Shown piece after piece: positions 14,083 to 24,949 of a stretch of 28,392 nucleotides of DNA (its first letter is position 1; every line of letters starts with the position of its first letter). The notes under the pieces are model-generated. The model ran no database searches, had not been told where the DNA came from, and was given only the letters and a program-made list of their open reading frames with translations. The stretch comes from a virus. Taxonomy: Duplodnaviria; Caudoviricetes. Where the stretch lies: positions 1 through 28,392 of the IMG/VR virus record IMGVR_UViG_3300027963_000263; one strand, written 5' to 3'. A program made the translations under genes and the position numbers.

Positions 14083-15558
14083 TTATTTCATCCCCGGAAT
14101 AAGTTCCCGTTGACCGGGAGGAGCCGCACCAATAAGTCGCCGTGTATCATAACTTTGAGCCACACCTCTTCCAGCTTTTAATGCGTAATCTCTCATACGC
14201 AATTGACGGGCTTCTTCTTCAGCACTCAGGCCAGCATTACCAGTACCTGAAAGCAATTGTGCTAATGGTCCCATAGCGCCATATGCAACCCCAGCAGCCT
14301 GACCGCCCGCTTTAGCATAATCGCCTTTGCTTGCAGATTCAGCAGCATTCACAATGTTAGGAAACGCCGTAGCCAGGAAAAGCGCCCCACCACCAGCAAC
14401 AGCTTTTTTCATTGCAGCGGGAGAAGTAACTATTTTTCCATCTTTGGTATATGCGCCAGTTTCTCCAAAGGCTTTACCAAAATTACCGGCTTCTGCTTCT
14501 GAACCGGGTAGCTTGGCAGCAAACTCAGCCGCCAAAGAAGCTGGTACTCCTTGATTAATTTTCTTGCGAATTATTTGGTAATTTGCATCATCACCAATAG
14601 GCTTGCCTTCATTAAAATAATCAATAATTTTTGCATAAGCAGGAATGCCATAAGTATTAGTAAGGCTTCTATCTCCTACGCCGTAACCTTTTAGAACAAC
14701 TTTGCCTTCTTTTGCATATTGATCTTGAACGGTTTTAGGAACGCCCGTTATGGCAGTTTGCACACGCTCAGGCAAAACAGCAGTAGGTGTAGGCGTAACA
14801 GGGGCTGTAGTAGCTGCTAATGCTGCGGGCGGTGTAGGCACTACAGGTCTACGAGGGCCAGTAAATTCAGGGGGGCCTACAGGCTGCATTGGGCCAACAA
14901 ACTCACCTGTTGCAGGTATACCAGCAGCGGCTTTTGCTTGTAATTCTTGAAGCTTAGTGTTGACAGGCGCAGCAGCAGGAGCAGCGGGTGGCGCAGTAGT
15001 AGCCCCAAATGCAGGTTCGTTAACAGCAGAAGTCTCATCTGCCAGACCTTGCAGTCTACTCATCATTTCTTCTTGGCTTAAGGGCGCGGTTTGAGCAGTA
15101 GATGCAGACCAAGCTGGTTCATCTAATCGTTGAGCGCCAAACATTGGCGGTTCACGGCGTTCTGAACTAACAGCAGACGCACTGTTTGCCATCTTGTCTT
15201 TGAGCGTCTTGTAGCCCATTACAGCAGCACCACCGGCAGCAGCAGCACCAGCCAACATCAATGGGTTTTGAGCAAACTCAGGAATCAAAGGGGCTGCTTG
15301 TTCTTTTTCAACTTTTTTTTCTGCTAGCCTTTTAGATTCCGCATCTACTCTACTGCCAGCTTGCGGAATGGCTGCTGTAGTTGCTCCTGGAGTCGTAGCC
15401 AATGCAGGTCTGCCACTATCCCATCCAGAATTGTTGCTATCTTTTTGGTCAAAACCGCTACTTTCAGACGATGAAGAAGCTAGTTCAGCATTAATTTCAT
15501 CATCACCATATCCAGCAGCTTTAGCATCGGCAATAAATTTTTCTTTATTGAAAGCCAT
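14083..15558 (-). CDS. Putative internal virion / ejection protein (491 aa)
   Basis: N-terminal AKAAGY.DDEI motif, Ala/Gly/Pro-rich, located after the tail genes. Confidence 0.6.
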   Translation of the reverse strand: MAFNKEKFIADAKAAGYGDDEINAELASSSSESSGFDQKDSNNSGWDSGRPALATTPGATTAAIPQAGSRVDAESKRLAEKKVEKEQAAPLIPEFAQNPLMLAGAAAAGGAAVMGYKTLKDKMANSASAVSSERREPPMFGAQRLDEPAWSASTAQTAPLSQEEMMSRLQGLADETSAVNEPAFGATTAPPAAPAAAPVNTKLQELQAKAAAGIPATGEFVGPMQPVGPPEFTGPRRPVVPTPPAALAATTAPVTPTPTAVLPERVQTAITGVPKTVQDQYAKEGKVVLKGYGVGDRSLTNTYGIPAYAKIIDYFNEGKPIGDDANYQIIRKKINQGVPASLAAEFAAKLPGSEAEAGNFGKAFGETGAYTKDGKIVTSPAAMKKAVAGGGALFLATAFPNIVNAAESASKGDYAKAGGQAAGVAYGAMGPLAQLLSGTGNAGLSAEEEARQLRMRDYALKAGRGVAQSYDTRRLIGAAPPGQRELIPGMK

Positions 15559-15560
15559 GT

Positions 15561-17108
15561 TTATCCTCCAGCAGCTTTTAACAAAGCTTTAATTGGTGGT
15601 CTTGCAGGTTCTGCTTTTTGTTTTGTGGTTGCAGAATTATCCTTAACTTCAATATCTCCAATAAAATCATGTGCAACTTTAATTAATTTTGCGTATTTAT
15701 TTTGAATTTCTTTGTATTGCGGGGTGTCAACAAATTTGGCTTGCAATTCTCTAGGCGAAGGATATGAACCAGTTTTTTCATATTGCGGCATAACATCTTG
15801 TTTAAACTTATTAAACGCTTTCATGGTTTCATCGTTGTAATCAAGCTGGTATGTTTGAGCATTGACTTGAGCGCGTCTATCAAGAATGTTAGAAGCACTT
15901 GGCAATACCGTAAATGCTGGCCTACCACCCAATTCTTTTACAGACGCCAATCGTTCTGCTTGTGAATCAGCAATTTCTTTTGAGTAAACCAAAGCTTGAC
16001 GCAAAGCAGATTGTTGGTCTGACGTCAGTCCAATAAGTTGCTTGGAAGTCATTATGCTTTCAAGCGTTTTATTAAATGTATCGCCTTGTTCTTGTGAAGA
16101 ATGACTTCCTTTAATGATTTGTTTTAATTCAGAAAGGTTATGTTTTTCACCATTTTCATTTACTAATTTTCCATCTGCTCCAAGAGTAAAGACCCCAGGC
16201 CATCCAGCCCGACTAGTCATTCCTTTATCTACGGTTGTGGATTGACCGCTCGAAACAGACTTGTCATAGCTATCAAGGTTTTGCAGGTCTGTGCTTTGCC
16301 TTTGGTTACGCGAAAGTTGTTGAGCAACACCGCCCATAGTATTTGCATACCAATCGCTTTTAATAAATTCTTTAGGAAGACTGTTTAAAGAATCTCTAAT
16401 AAATCTACCTTTTAAGGCATCCGCTGATGCACCAGCAGTAAAAATGTTTTCTGCTTGCGTATCTTTAGCATATTGCGTTACATTTTTTTCTGCATTTAAT
16501 GTACGACTTTTAGCAGCAATAGTGTTTTCATATGCGCTATAACCAATTTTTCGTGCATCAGCTTCTTCTCGGCTAATGATGTTGCCTTTAGCGTCAATCA
16601 AGCGCACACGTTGGCCTAAATCATTTGTTGTTTGTGTATATGAATTACCTTCAGGATCCCATATAACATTATCTTTTTCATTCCCACCAGTCAACATAAG
16701 ACCAGCACCTACTTTATCTCCCATCAACCAACGAACTAATGCAGTGCCATATCTAGGATTGTCTTTAATTGTTTCAAAAGTTTTAGCAGCAGCAATGTTG
16801 GCTTCTGGGCTACCAGGGACAGCTTTGGCAATAGGCTCTGTAAGAGTTTTTAATTCATATTTGCCATTTTCTACAGTTTTGGCTGCATCAATAGCTGTTT
16901 GCCCAACTTCAGATGTAGGGTTTTGTTTTGCAATATTAATTAAAGCAGCAGAATCATGGTTTTCAACAGCTTTATTGTATGCATTAGGATCAGGTTCTAA
17001 TGAAATTCCTCCACTAACCATATTTTTAATTGTTGTTACAAATGGATTGCCTTCTGGTTTATTGTCATCAGAATTTCCTAAAGGAATGGCGGTTGTAAAT
17101 AGTCCCAT
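15561..17108 (-). CDS. Putative internal virion / ejection protein (515 aa)
   Basis: Long helical ORF lacking Cys, in the ejection-gene position. Confidence 0.6.
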   Translation of the reverse strand: MGLFTTAIPLGNSDDNKPEGNPFVTTIKNMVSGGISLEPDPNAYNKAVENHDSAALINIAKQNPTSEVGQTAIDAAKTVENGKYELKTLTEPIAKAVPGSPEANIAAAKTFETIKDNPRYGTALVRWLMGDKVGAGLMLTGGNEKDNVIWDPEGNSYTQTTNDLGQRVRLIDAKGNIISREEADARKIGYSAYENTIAAKSRTLNAEKNVTQYAKDTQAENIFTAGASADALKGRFIRDSLNSLPKEFIKSDWYANTMGGVAQQLSRNQRQSTDLQNLDSYDKSVSSGQSTTVDKGMTSRAGWPGVFTLGADGKLVNENGEKHNLSELKQIIKGSHSSQEQGDTFNKTLESIMTSKQLIGLTSDQQSALRQALVYSKEIADSQAERLASVKELGGRPAFTVLPSASNILDRRAQVNAQTYQLDYNDETMKAFNKFKQDVMPQYEKTGSYPSPRELQAKFVDTPQYKEIQNKYAKLIKVAHDFIGDIEVKDNSATTKQKAEPARPPIKALLKAAGG

Positions 17109-17117
17109 GATTTTTCC

Positions 17118-17591
17118 TTATGCAGCGCCAAAAAGACCGCCAATGGATTTGCCAATTCTTTCTCGTAGTCCAGGCCCACTCATAAAATCCATGTTAGTTG
17201 GTGGCACAACGCCTCCCATAATAGGCGCAGGAGGCGCAACACTAGAATTAAATGCTAAAGCTTGTTGTTCGTTGGCAGGTTGAATAGATGATGTTGGTTC
17301 ACCATGAGTATTCATTAATGTTTTGACAGCATCGTCTGCGCTCAAGCCGTTAGTTGCTGCTGGGGCAGGTGCGACTTGTGTTGGAACAGCAGCGCCAACA
17401 GGCGCTTTATATGTGCTTAATTTTCCATTAGTAATGCCAACACCTAATTTTGTATTTAGCCAATTTTCTAAACCACTTGAAGACACTCCAGTAGCTAAAA
17501 GAAAACGGCCCAAGTCCAAACCATCACCAGAAGTGTAATTTTCTGTTCCGAGATTTTGCATCCCGAGGTTGCCAAAAGCACTAGTTGCCAT
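17118..17591 (-). CDS. Putative virion protein (157 aa)
   Basis: GAGGTG SD; Gly/Ala/Pro-rich. Confidence 0.6.
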   Translation of the reverse strand: MATSAFGNLGMQNLGTENYTSGDGLDLGRFLLATGVSSSGLENWLNTKLGVGITNGKLSTYKAPVGAAVPTQVAPAPAATNGLSADDAVKTLMNTHGEPTSSIQPANEQQALAFNSSVAPPAPIMGGVVPPTNMDFMSGPGLRERIGKSIGGLFGAA

Positions 17592-17599
17592 ATATCACC

Positions 17600-18322
17600 T
17601 CACAATTTAAAACCAGAACTCTTGCTTGACCAGTTTGGGTAGTGGCCTTGAGTGCCAGTGTAATTAGGATTGGTAGATGCTTGTGGTGTACCAAACACCA
17701 CAGAAGCGTATTTCTGATAGACATCTTGGGGTACACCAGCATAGCCCACTTGAGAAGCGGCAGCTTGGTTTGCAGCGGTAAGACCAGCGCCACCGAGAGT
17801 AGCTAGTTGTTGGGCAGCAGCAGCTTTGTTAGCTTGTACTTGAGCCTGTGCGCCAGCAGCAGCAGTAGCTTGTCGTTGAGCATTTAAGCTAGCTAAATTG
17901 GTATCCGCCAACGCCATGCGGGAAGATCCTAGTCCACCTGCACCGCCATACATGGCGTTTTGCCCTTGTTGTGATTCACGGGCAGATTCCCGCCCAGCTT
18001 GCAATGCAGCGTTTACTTGATTTTTTTCGTAATTTGGATTAAAGAGTGACTGCAATCCTTGCAAACCTGTAACCAACGAACTAGCGCCTGCTGCACCTTG
18101 GAGAGAACCTGTTTTTCCAGCCACATTACTGGCTTGATTAGCTGCTGTTGTAGCCGCAGGTGCAACTTGGTTATAAACATCTTTGGCTCCTGTTACGGTG
18201 TTTTCATATGCTGGCAAAAAGGTACTTTTAAGCGCAGCATTTTGAATTGCAATTGTTTCGCGTTGTTCAGGGGTTAATTGAACAGTGGTTTGCTGATTAC
18301 CTGATGATTTACCGCCGCCCAT
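17600..18322 (-). CDS. Putative DNA ejection/pilot protein
   Basis: MGGGKSSG start, A/Q-rich helices, GGLGSSR motif typical of podovirus pilot-like proteins; AAGGAG SD. Confidence 0.65.
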   Translation of the reverse strand: MGGGKSSGNQQTTVQLTPEQRETIAIQNAALKSTFLPAYENTVTGAKDVYNQVAPAATTAANQASNVAGKTGSLQGAAGASSLVTGLQGLQSLFNPNYEKNQVNAALQAGRESARESQQGQNAMYGGAGGLGSSRMALADTNLASLNAQRQATAAAGAQAQVQANKAAAAQQLATLGGAGLTAANQAAASQVGYAGVPQDVYQKYASVVFGTPQASTNPNYTGTQGHYPNWSSKSSGFKL

Positions 18323-18324
18323 GA

Positions 18325-18636
18325 TTACGCTCCTTTACCTTTTCCGTTGGAATCGGATTGAGTTGATGTACCATTGTCTGAATTATCCCATGAACCAATG
18401 GTTTCTGAATAAATGTTACGTTTACCAAAAGCCGGTTGCCGTCCTTGCCCTGGATAAGTTATGTTCCCGTAATTGCCTTGACCTTTGCCTTTGCCAGTAT
18501 TCCATGATTTGCTTGCATCTGCCAAAGGTTGAGTTTGGACAAAAGGTACAGGCGGGGGCGTACTAACAGTGCTAGATGGCTGAGATGCCTCACGCCTTAA
18601 CTGTTCTTCTGCTACTTGTGTTATGCCCATGCCCAT
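18325..18636 (-). CDS. Hypothetical low-complexity protein (103 aa, GKGKG motifs)
   Basis: AAGGA SD; packed in the late operon. Confidence 0.65.
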   Translation of the reverse strand: MGMGITQVAEEQLRREASQPSSTVSTPPPVPFVQTQPLADASKSWNTGKGKGQGNYGNITYPGQGRQPAFGKRNIYSETIGSWDNSDNGTSTQSDSNGKGKGA

Positions 18637-18645
18637 AATTTATCC

Positions 18646-18804
18646 TTAACGAAGTTCAGCCCACATTGCCACGCCACCGCCAGATGCTCCAACACTATAA
18701 GAAACACCATTAGGCACCATAGGCGGGGTAAGCGTTGATCCACCCATCTTTCCAGATGTCTGAGAAGATTGTGACGGCTGGATTTGTGCAGTAGGAACGC
18801 CCAT
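18646..18804 (-). pseudogene. 52-aa chimeric ORF ending in a tail-fibre-tip remnant (…VPNGVSYS…WAELR)
   Basis: Translated by hand; C-terminus parallels the fibre at 19094-19810; shares 17 bp exactly (18642-18658 = 19090-19106). Confidence 0.55.
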
Positions 18805-18805
18805 T

Positions 18806-19084
18806 TTAAGCTTTCGGATATTTGTCTTTTATTGTTTGAATAGCTGCTTTCCATTCAGCTATACCACCATGATAAAGAAGATCAAATTGCTGTTGAATTG
18901 ATGGGTATGCCATTGCTCGTTTTTCTGCATACGTCAAAGACGCTTGAACCACAGTTTCTGTTTGATCTTGCAATACAATCATTTCTTGTTCAGTAATTTG
19001 AACGCAGCCAATTGGCAACAAAGAAAAATGTTCCGCAGAATCAATCCAATGCAATTTGTTGTTTAAGTCTTTGTAATGAGGCAT
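18806..19084 (-). CDS. Putative tail fibre assembly chaperone
   Basis: Directly downstream of a fibre; LLP.GCVQIT..E and Y...R..AYPSI..Q.D.LYH....W...I..IK.KYPK motifs. Confidence 0.65.
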   Translation of the reverse strand: MPHYKDLNNKLHWIDSAEHFSLLPIGCVQITEQEMIVLQDQTETVVQASLTYAEKRAMAYPSIQQQFDLLYHGGIAEWKAAIQTIKDKYPKA

Positions 19085-19093
19085 TTGTAATCC

Positions 19094-19810
19094 TTAACGA
19101 AGTTCAAACCAAGCTAATAAACCCGGATTAGAAGAAGAATAACTACCACCAATAGGTACTAAAGCATTACATCCACCATTAGATGCGCTACTTACAGATG
19201 CTCCAGAACTTACCGCTAAACCGTTTACTGTAATTGAACCACCGCCTTGTGGCGTAAAAGAAATGCTTACCATAATAGGTTTGCCTGTGGTGTTGTAATA
19301 GGTAACGCCATTTGCCCTAGAAGCCGTTAAATCTTGCCATGTTTGGCCTACACCAATTGCTAAATTTGTGCTGCTTGACCAAGTTGTGCCGTTGCTTGTT
19401 AACACATTGGTAGACGTTCCCGGAGCAATTAACTGTACTGCGCTTGTACCATTACCAAGCAAAACATTATTAGCAGTGATTGTCGCAAGACCAGTACCAC
19501 CATTGGCTACCGGCAGTGTACCTGTAACGGCAGTAGTCAAAGGTAAGCCCGTTACATTGGTCATTACACCCGATGCAGGAGTTCCCAAAGCTGGTGTAGT
19601 CAATGTAGGGCTAGATAACACTCCATTATTAATTGTGGGTGAAGTTAACGTAGGGCTAGTAGCCAAAACAATATTACCGCTACCAGTAGCAGTTGATGAT
19701 CCACTGCCACCTTTAGATACAGGCACAGGAGCATTTAAAACAGTAGGCGCTACTTGCCCCGATGAATCCAAATAATTGGAAAAATTAGCAAGATTCATTG
19801 CTTGAGTCAT
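19094..19810 (-). CDS. Short tail fibre / receptor-binding protein
   Basis: LPVANGGTG shaft motifs; tip IGVGQTWQD....[12 protein letters not shown]...W.ELR. Confidence 0.8.
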   Translation of the reverse strand: MTQAMNLANFSNYLDSSGQVAPTVLNAPVPVSKGGSGSSTATGSGNIVLATSPTLTSPTINNGVLSSPTLTTPALGTPASGVMTNVTGLPLTTAVTGTLPVANGGTGLATITANNVLLGNGTSAVQLIAPGTSTNVLTSNGTTWSSSTNLAIGVGQTWQDLTASRANGVTYYNTTGKPIMVSISFTPQGGGSITVNGLAVSSGASVSSASNGGCNALVPIGGSYSSSNPGLLAWFELR

Positions 19811-21966
19811 TTGAAGCCTTTCAATTGCTTAATTTGCTTTTGGAGCAAGTTAATTTGCTTTTGCATATGTTGAAACATGTCGCTAATGGTTGGTTCATGT
19901 TCTATGATTACAGGGTAATCCATGCCACGCACCGCCGCAGAACTCAAGGAAGAAGCAGAAGCTTCACCTGCACTGTTAAATGATAAATATTGGCTTGGTT
20001 GACCGCTAAAACTAGCAGCACCAATGATGGTGTAATTGTATGTCAATGCAGCAGAACCGGGCATTGTGTAATCCGTTCCGGGACGCAACAAGGCTCCGTT
20101 AAACCACATCAAATGTGAATTTCGATAAAACGGGGTAGAAAACACCACATTGGTAGAACCAGAACTGGTTTCAGTGTAGTTTTCAGCAAAAATCAAAGTG
20201 CTGGCATTGTTAAAAGCAAATACCACAATGTCTAAATTGCCGCCAACAGAAGGATTATTAAGGACATAGCCTTGATTGGTTCCGACATAAGAATAATCCG
20301 TGTCTACCAACAATACGCCATTCAAAAACAAAAATTCAGAACCATCGGTATAACTGGTGGATATAACTGTTTGACCATCTGTCAATGTTTGGTTATATAC
20401 AACAAAAGGCACTTTGTCGGCAGAAGTTGTGCCATCAATCAACCTGATGTAATAAATGGCTACTACGTCATTGAGCGCACAAGCAGAGGCAAAAGTGACG
20501 GTGGTGGAGGTTCTGGTGAAGTCTGTGCCGGGCTTTAAAAAGCTACCATTGCGAAACACCAAAATTTGGTCAGGCTGGGCATTTGAAAAAGTAAAAGCAG
20601 TTTGACCCGCCGTAGCATGAGTCAACATGGAACTGAACCGCACTTGGTCAGCAGCACCAGTTTGGACCACCCTGCCAAAAGAATCTACCGTGATGGATGA
20701 TGTCACCAATGGATTGATGGTAAATCCACCAGTATTTTTACCTTGTCCATAGGTATCCAGATTGATGCTAATGATGCCATTTACACTGGAGGACGAATAG
20801 GCCAAGCGTCCGTCAGTAGGACTTGAGATGTTGGTGACCACTTGCCCAGAACGTGCGTAGACATCAATGTATGGGTCAATTACATCCGTTTGAACGGTGA
20901 CGTTTTGCCAACCAGAATTATCTGGAGCATCTTGCGTAAAGCTAAATTGCACCGTGTTGCCACTAGCAGTTCTTGCCCACAAATTGATGACGGTCAAAAA
21001 TGTAGCGCCAGCATCAAACCACAAGTAGTCTGCGGGATTGTTGTCCAATGTCAAAACATCCGATGCTTGCAAACCAAAAAATTGTTTGCCAGCAGGACTA
21101 GAGGTAATTCCTGTACCAATTAGGTCATTGGCATACCGAACTAAAAAGTAACGGTAGGGTGATTGAACAATTAAAGGAGTTTGGGAAATGATGCCAATAG
21201 CATCTGTTGTTCCCAAGGTAAAAACATCAAGGTTTAAGACATCGCCCTTGTATTGGATAAAACCAATAGGTTGATAGGTGGAAGGCAAAACATCAATGTT
21301 TCGCGCACCATAGCATCGGTAATACAGCTTATAAGTGCTACCAAACGCAAAAGGTGACCATTCGTAATCTAAAGGATTGGTGGATACGCTGCCATCAGTG
21401 CTTGTGTAAATGCCGTAAAACAATTTGCTTGTAGGAGAGGAACTAAACCCTGTGCCTACAGAATCATCGGCGTACTTAAACACCAAGTATTGATTAAAAA
21501 CAGCAAACGGGTTGTCTAGGTCAATAGACCGCACAGGAACAACACGCCAATTTTGATTATTGTCAGGTGCTTCTTGTGAGGCAGCAAATGCCGCATGCCT
21601 ACCACCCGATGTGGTAATCCATAGCACTTTGGTAATGCCAAAACCACCAGTTACTTGAATCCATGTGTAATCAGCAGGAATGGTGCTTTCAGTTGCGGTA
21701 TCGTCATTGCGAATACCAAAATACAACCTTCCATATGGATTGTCAGAAAAATTTAATCCAGCAATGTTGTCGGCATATTTAATATCCAAATACCGGTATT
21801 GGTATTGGATAATGTCCCCCATGCTGTTAGAAATAAATCCCGTTGTAGGATTATTGGAAACAGTGTACGAAGTGGGAGGCGTACCATTGTTTAAATTGGC
21901 AAGCAGATAATTAAGCGCTCCCGAAATTTCGGAGGGGCTAGGATCGCCATCTATAGCAAAAGCCAT
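19807..21966 (-). CDS. Multidomain tail/structural protein (719 aa) with two sets of triplicated domains
   Basis: Three KYAD..G..FS..P...FG......P.DY.W repeats, three NG.LL..G.DY/FT repeats, C-terminal coiled coil. Confidence 0.7.
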   Translation of the reverse strand: MAFAIDGDPSPSEISGALNYLLANLNNGTPPTSYTVSNNPTTGFISNSMGDIIQYQYRYLDIKYADNIAGLNFSDNPYGRLYFGIRNDDTATESTIPADYTWIQVTGGFGITKVLWITTSGGRHAAFAASQEAPDNNQNWRVVPVRSIDLDNPFAVFNQYLVFKYADDSVGTGFSSSPTSKLFYGIYTSTDGSVSTNPLDYEWSPFAFGSTYKLYYRCYGARNIDVLPSTYQPIGFIQYKGDVLNLDVFTLGTTDAIGIISQTPLIVQSPYRYFLVRYANDLIGTGITSSPAGKQFFGLQASDVLTLDNNPADYLWFDAGATFLTVINLWARTASGNTVQFSFTQDAPDNSGWQNVTVQTDVIDPYIDVYARSGQVVTNISSPTDGRLAYSSSSVNGIISINLDTYGQGKNTGGFTINPLVTSSITVDSFGRVVQTGAADQVRFSSMLTHATAGQTAFTFSNAQPDQILVFRNGSFLKPGTDFTRTSTTVTFASACALNDVVAIYYIRLIDGTTSADKVPFVVYNQTLTDGQTVISTSYTDGSEFLFLNGVLLVDTDYSYVGTNQGYVLNNPSVGGNLDIVVFAFNNASTLIFAENYTETSSGSTNVVFSTPFYRNSHLMWFNGALLRPGTDYTMPGSAALTYNYTIIGAASFSGQPSQYLSFNSAGEASASSLSSAAVRGMDYPVIIEHEPTISDMFQHMQKQINLLQKQIKQLKGFK

Positions 21967-23582
21967 TAGAACGCATCCTCAACCACTGTAGCTTGCCAAT
22001 TCAACGCTGTTAGATTCCATGTGTCGGTAGCATCATTAGAAGCTACTTTGACTGATATGGTGCGTACATTGTTTTGTTGAGTAGTCACCCAAGGCGTATC
22101 TGTAGCAATAGACACTACACCAGTTTGCCCATAAGTAGGTGTTTGAGCGGTAGAGTTAGCCCCGCCCACAGTAATGTTCATGGTTCCGCTACCAGACACT
22201 TCAGGCAGCAAACGATGGGTGTAAACCTTAGAACTGTACGGAACTGGCCCTTTGTCAGTTTGTAAAACAATGTTGTCCCGTTGAAACAAGCAATTGATTG
22301 CACCACTATTGATGAACGAATTGCCTATGCCGGTCTGAATGATCTTTTGGTTAGTAGCCCCGCCAGTAAGGTAGGAAACCGTCCTAGAGGCGTATTTAAA
22401 GGCTCCGCTAATGTACTTAGGCGCTTCACATCCATTGCAAGCATTGGCTACATCTTTGGGGGCATTCCACACTTGCAGATCATACCGCCACGACAGCATT
22501 TTGTTGCACCACCCTGTAGAAGTTAAATCAGGGTAATACAGTTCAATTTGGTTTTTTTGCGTATTGTTGACCATAAAAACACGATCAGAATACGTTGTAC
22601 TCAAATTGGCAAAAAAGTAATCACGAACTTTTTGGTTGCCCAATGGATTGAAATTGGAACCATCAAAAATCCAAATGTCTCGGCTATCCACACCGTACAC
22701 ATTGGCATCAGTGTTAGACCAGCAGTTATTGTTGAGCAATCCACGGCCTTGGTTAAATAGCCGCACTCCAAAAATGGGAGCCGTGCTGTTTTGGTAAGAC
22801 AAGGGAGCAAAGATTACGGTATCCCAATACGAGCAAACATAGAAGTTGGCTCCCAAAAAAAATCCATCAACAATAGGGCCACGCAACGGAATTTCTTGTT
22901 CGTTGGCAATGTTGGTTAGGGTAGGTGTCCAAGTAGCAGGAACACCTGTGTTTGCAAAGGACTGCGACCACCGCACTGTAGTGGGATAGTTAACAGTAGT
23001 GCCGCTAGAGATAAAGTCTTTGGTTAGATTGCCTGCAACCAGGATGTTGCCAACATTGGGAGAGCAGAAGTTGCGTACAAACTCAGCCCGAACTGCACTC
23101 ACATTGCTTTCGTAGTTCCATACATAGTTATCAGGAGCGGCACCATACAGATAAATTTCTGTAGCTGTAGGCAAGAAATACATGGGCGCTCTAAGAGCGT
23201 CATTGATAAAAAACACATTGCCAACCCATGAAGTGGTGATGTTGACATTGTCGGAATAGCCGCTCAAAGCTACGTTGGGATTGGCTCCAACGCCTGGGGT
23301 AATGTTGGTGATTCCAGAAGCAGTTATTGCATACCACTTACCGGCATTGGTGGCAACAATGTAAGTCCAGATGGCTCCCCGAAAACCGCCGTCTACAAAT
23401 ACAGGATTGCCGGGTACTTGGCTAAGAATAGCTTCTTCACCAGAAATTTTTTTAATACCCCGTACATCAGCTTCCACATTTAAACCAGCGTTGTACTCAT
23501 TTGCCCCAAGTGCGTTTGACGGCACATCGGGTGTAAACGACATATTTAAAAATGGAGTCCGAAGACGGGCGTAATCAGCCAT
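21966..23582 (-). CDS. Putative tail nozzle / DNA stabilization protein (P22 gp10 / tubular B-like)
   Basis: 538 aa beta-rich, VRWS motif, beta-propeller-like spacing, located between adaptor/fibres and ejection genes. Confidence 0.65.
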   Translation of the reverse strand: MADYARLRTPFLNMSFTPDVPSNALGANEYNAGLNVEADVRGIKKISGEEAILSQVPGNPVFVDGGFRGAIWTYIVATNAGKWYAITASGITNITPGVGANPNVALSGYSDNVNITTSWVGNVFFINDALRAPMYFLPTATEIYLYGAAPDNYVWNYESNVSAVRAEFVRNFCSPNVGNILVAGNLTKDFISSGTTVNYPTTVRWSQSFANTGVPATWTPTLTNIANEQEIPLRGPIVDGFFLGANFYVCSYWDTVIFAPLSYQNSTAPIFGVRLFNQGRGLLNNNCWSNTDANVYGVDSRDIWIFDGSNFNPLGNQKVRDYFFANLSTTYSDRVFMVNNTQKNQIELYYPDLTSTGWCNKMLSWRYDLQVWNAPKDVANACNGCEAPKYISGAFKYASRTVSYLTGGATNQKIIQTGIGNSFINSGAINCLFQRDNIVLQTDKGPVPYSSKVYTHRLLPEVSGSGTMNITVGGANSTAQTPTYGQTGVVSIATDTPWVTTQQNNVRTISVKVASNDATDTWNLTALNWQATVVEDAF

Positions 23583-23585
23583 GTT

Positions 23586-23945
23586 TTATCCTTGCTGAAC
23601 CCAAGAAGTAGTTGATTCATCCCAATCATACATATTGCCGTCAGTAGGCATAGCAACGGGTGGAGTCCATTGGCAAGTGTCTTCTACCAAAGTCCAACTT
23701 GGGTATGGTTTTGGAGGTATAAATGCGTCACGTTGTGCATCATAGATATACCCAATTCCTGCATAATTTTTACGAAATGGTGTGCCTCCAAGCAAATGAA
23801 TTCCACCATAAGTGTTGTAGCTAGTGCGTTTCCATACTTTGCCAGAAAATTCTTGATAAATGGTTTCGCCATCTAATGGCTCATCAACTCCCACAATAAC
23901 TTGTAGGACAATATTGTTTTCATCAAGTTCTGCAAAATGTGCCAT
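23586..23945 (-). CDS. Conserved phage protein accompanying Gly-rich adhesins
   Basis: MAHFAELD.NN.V..VIV, TSYN, FRKNYAGIGY.YD..RDAFIPPKP.PSW. Confidence 0.8.
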   Translation of the reverse strand: MAHFAELDENNIVLQVIVGVDEPLDGETIYQEFSGKVWKRTSYNTYGGIHLLGGTPFRKNYAGIGYIYDAQRDAFIPPKPYPSWTLVEDTCQWTPPVAMPTDGNMYDWDESTTSWVQQG

Positions 23946-23947
23946 GA

Positions 23948-24949
23948 TTAGAATGTAATTGTTCCTGTGCCAGCAGTAAATTTATAAACTTTGTAACCAG
24001 AACGAGATGCTGTATCCGAAACAGTATTTCCTGCACTACCATTACAAGTTAAACCCGCTCCGACAGAAGCCAAATCTGAAAATGAACTGGGGTACACAAG
24101 TATTACAACTCCAGAACCACCAGCACCACCATTTTGAGCAGCGCCGGGTGAATTGTAGTCGCCGCCACCACCGCCTCCTCCAAGATTAGTAGTGCCGGGT
24201 GAGCCAGCAGCAGAGCCATTGACAGAGGCATTACCGCCACCGCCTGCGCCACCTAGTCCGGGCGTTGGAGCGCCAATGCTGTTAACTGCCCCTCCTCCTC
24301 CTCCGCTATAGGTGACGCTACTGCCATTTATTGAACTAGCAGTTCCTGCGCCACCATTTCCACCAACTTCAGCGGCTGGGCCACCACCACCATTAGAACC
24401 AACTGCTGTAGCGCCACCACCGCCGCTTGCGCCAATATTGCTGGCCCCAGAAACAGAGCCGCCGCTATTCCCTTGGGATGGGCTTGTGCTCGGTGTATTA
24501 CCCGCGCCACCAGCTACGTTTGAATCTTTACCAGAACCACCACCACTACCACCAGAACCGCCTTGCAATGGATACCCGCCACCATACCCACCGCCTGTAG
24601 AGGTGATGGTGCTGAATACTGAATCAGAACCTTTTGTACCACTTGTTCTTCCAGTTCCTGCGCCAGCAGAACCCCCACCACCTACAGTAACGGTGTATGC
24701 AGTCCCTGCTGTGACAGAAAAACCTGTTGCGGTTCTAAAGCCTGCGGCTCCACCACCGCCACCACCACCACCACCGCCACCGCCGCCACCGGCTACTACC
24801 AAATAATCAATAGTACCTGTAGCATATCCGGGCCATGCTGCTGCTTGCCGCGCTTGCATATGTTCAGTTAACGTCCACTTACCAAGAGCAGCAGTAGTAC
24901 TGCTTGTTGCCGCTGTTGCAGAACGAATAGAACCTTTAAAACTAGTCAT
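23948..24949 (-). CDS. Glycine-rich adhesin / tail fibre tip protein
   Basis: DYLVVAGGG, Y.VTVGGGG, repeated polyglycine motifs, GGSGVVIL.YP. Confidence 0.8.
   Translation of the reverse strand: MTSFKGSIRSATAATSSTTAALGKWTLTEHMQARQAAAWPGYATGTIDYLVVAGGGGGGGGGGGGGGAAGFRTATGFSVTAGTAYTVTVGGGGSAGAGTGRTSGTKGSDSVFSTITSTGGGYGGGYPLQGGSGGSGGGSGKDSNVAGGAGNTPSTSPSQGNSGGSVSGASNIGASGGGGATAVGSNGGGGPAAEVGGNGGAGTASSINGSSVTYSGGGGGAVNSIGAPTPGLGGAGGGGNASVNGSAAGSPGTTNLGGGGGGGDYNSPGAAQNGGAGGSGVVILVYPSSFSDLASVGAGLTCNGSAGNTVSDTASRSGYKVYKFTAGTGTITF

Noticed and set aside
18646-19170. Diversity-generating retroelement TR/VR pair
   Set aside because: Differences are not adenine-specific, identity is short and there is no reverse transcriptase in the window
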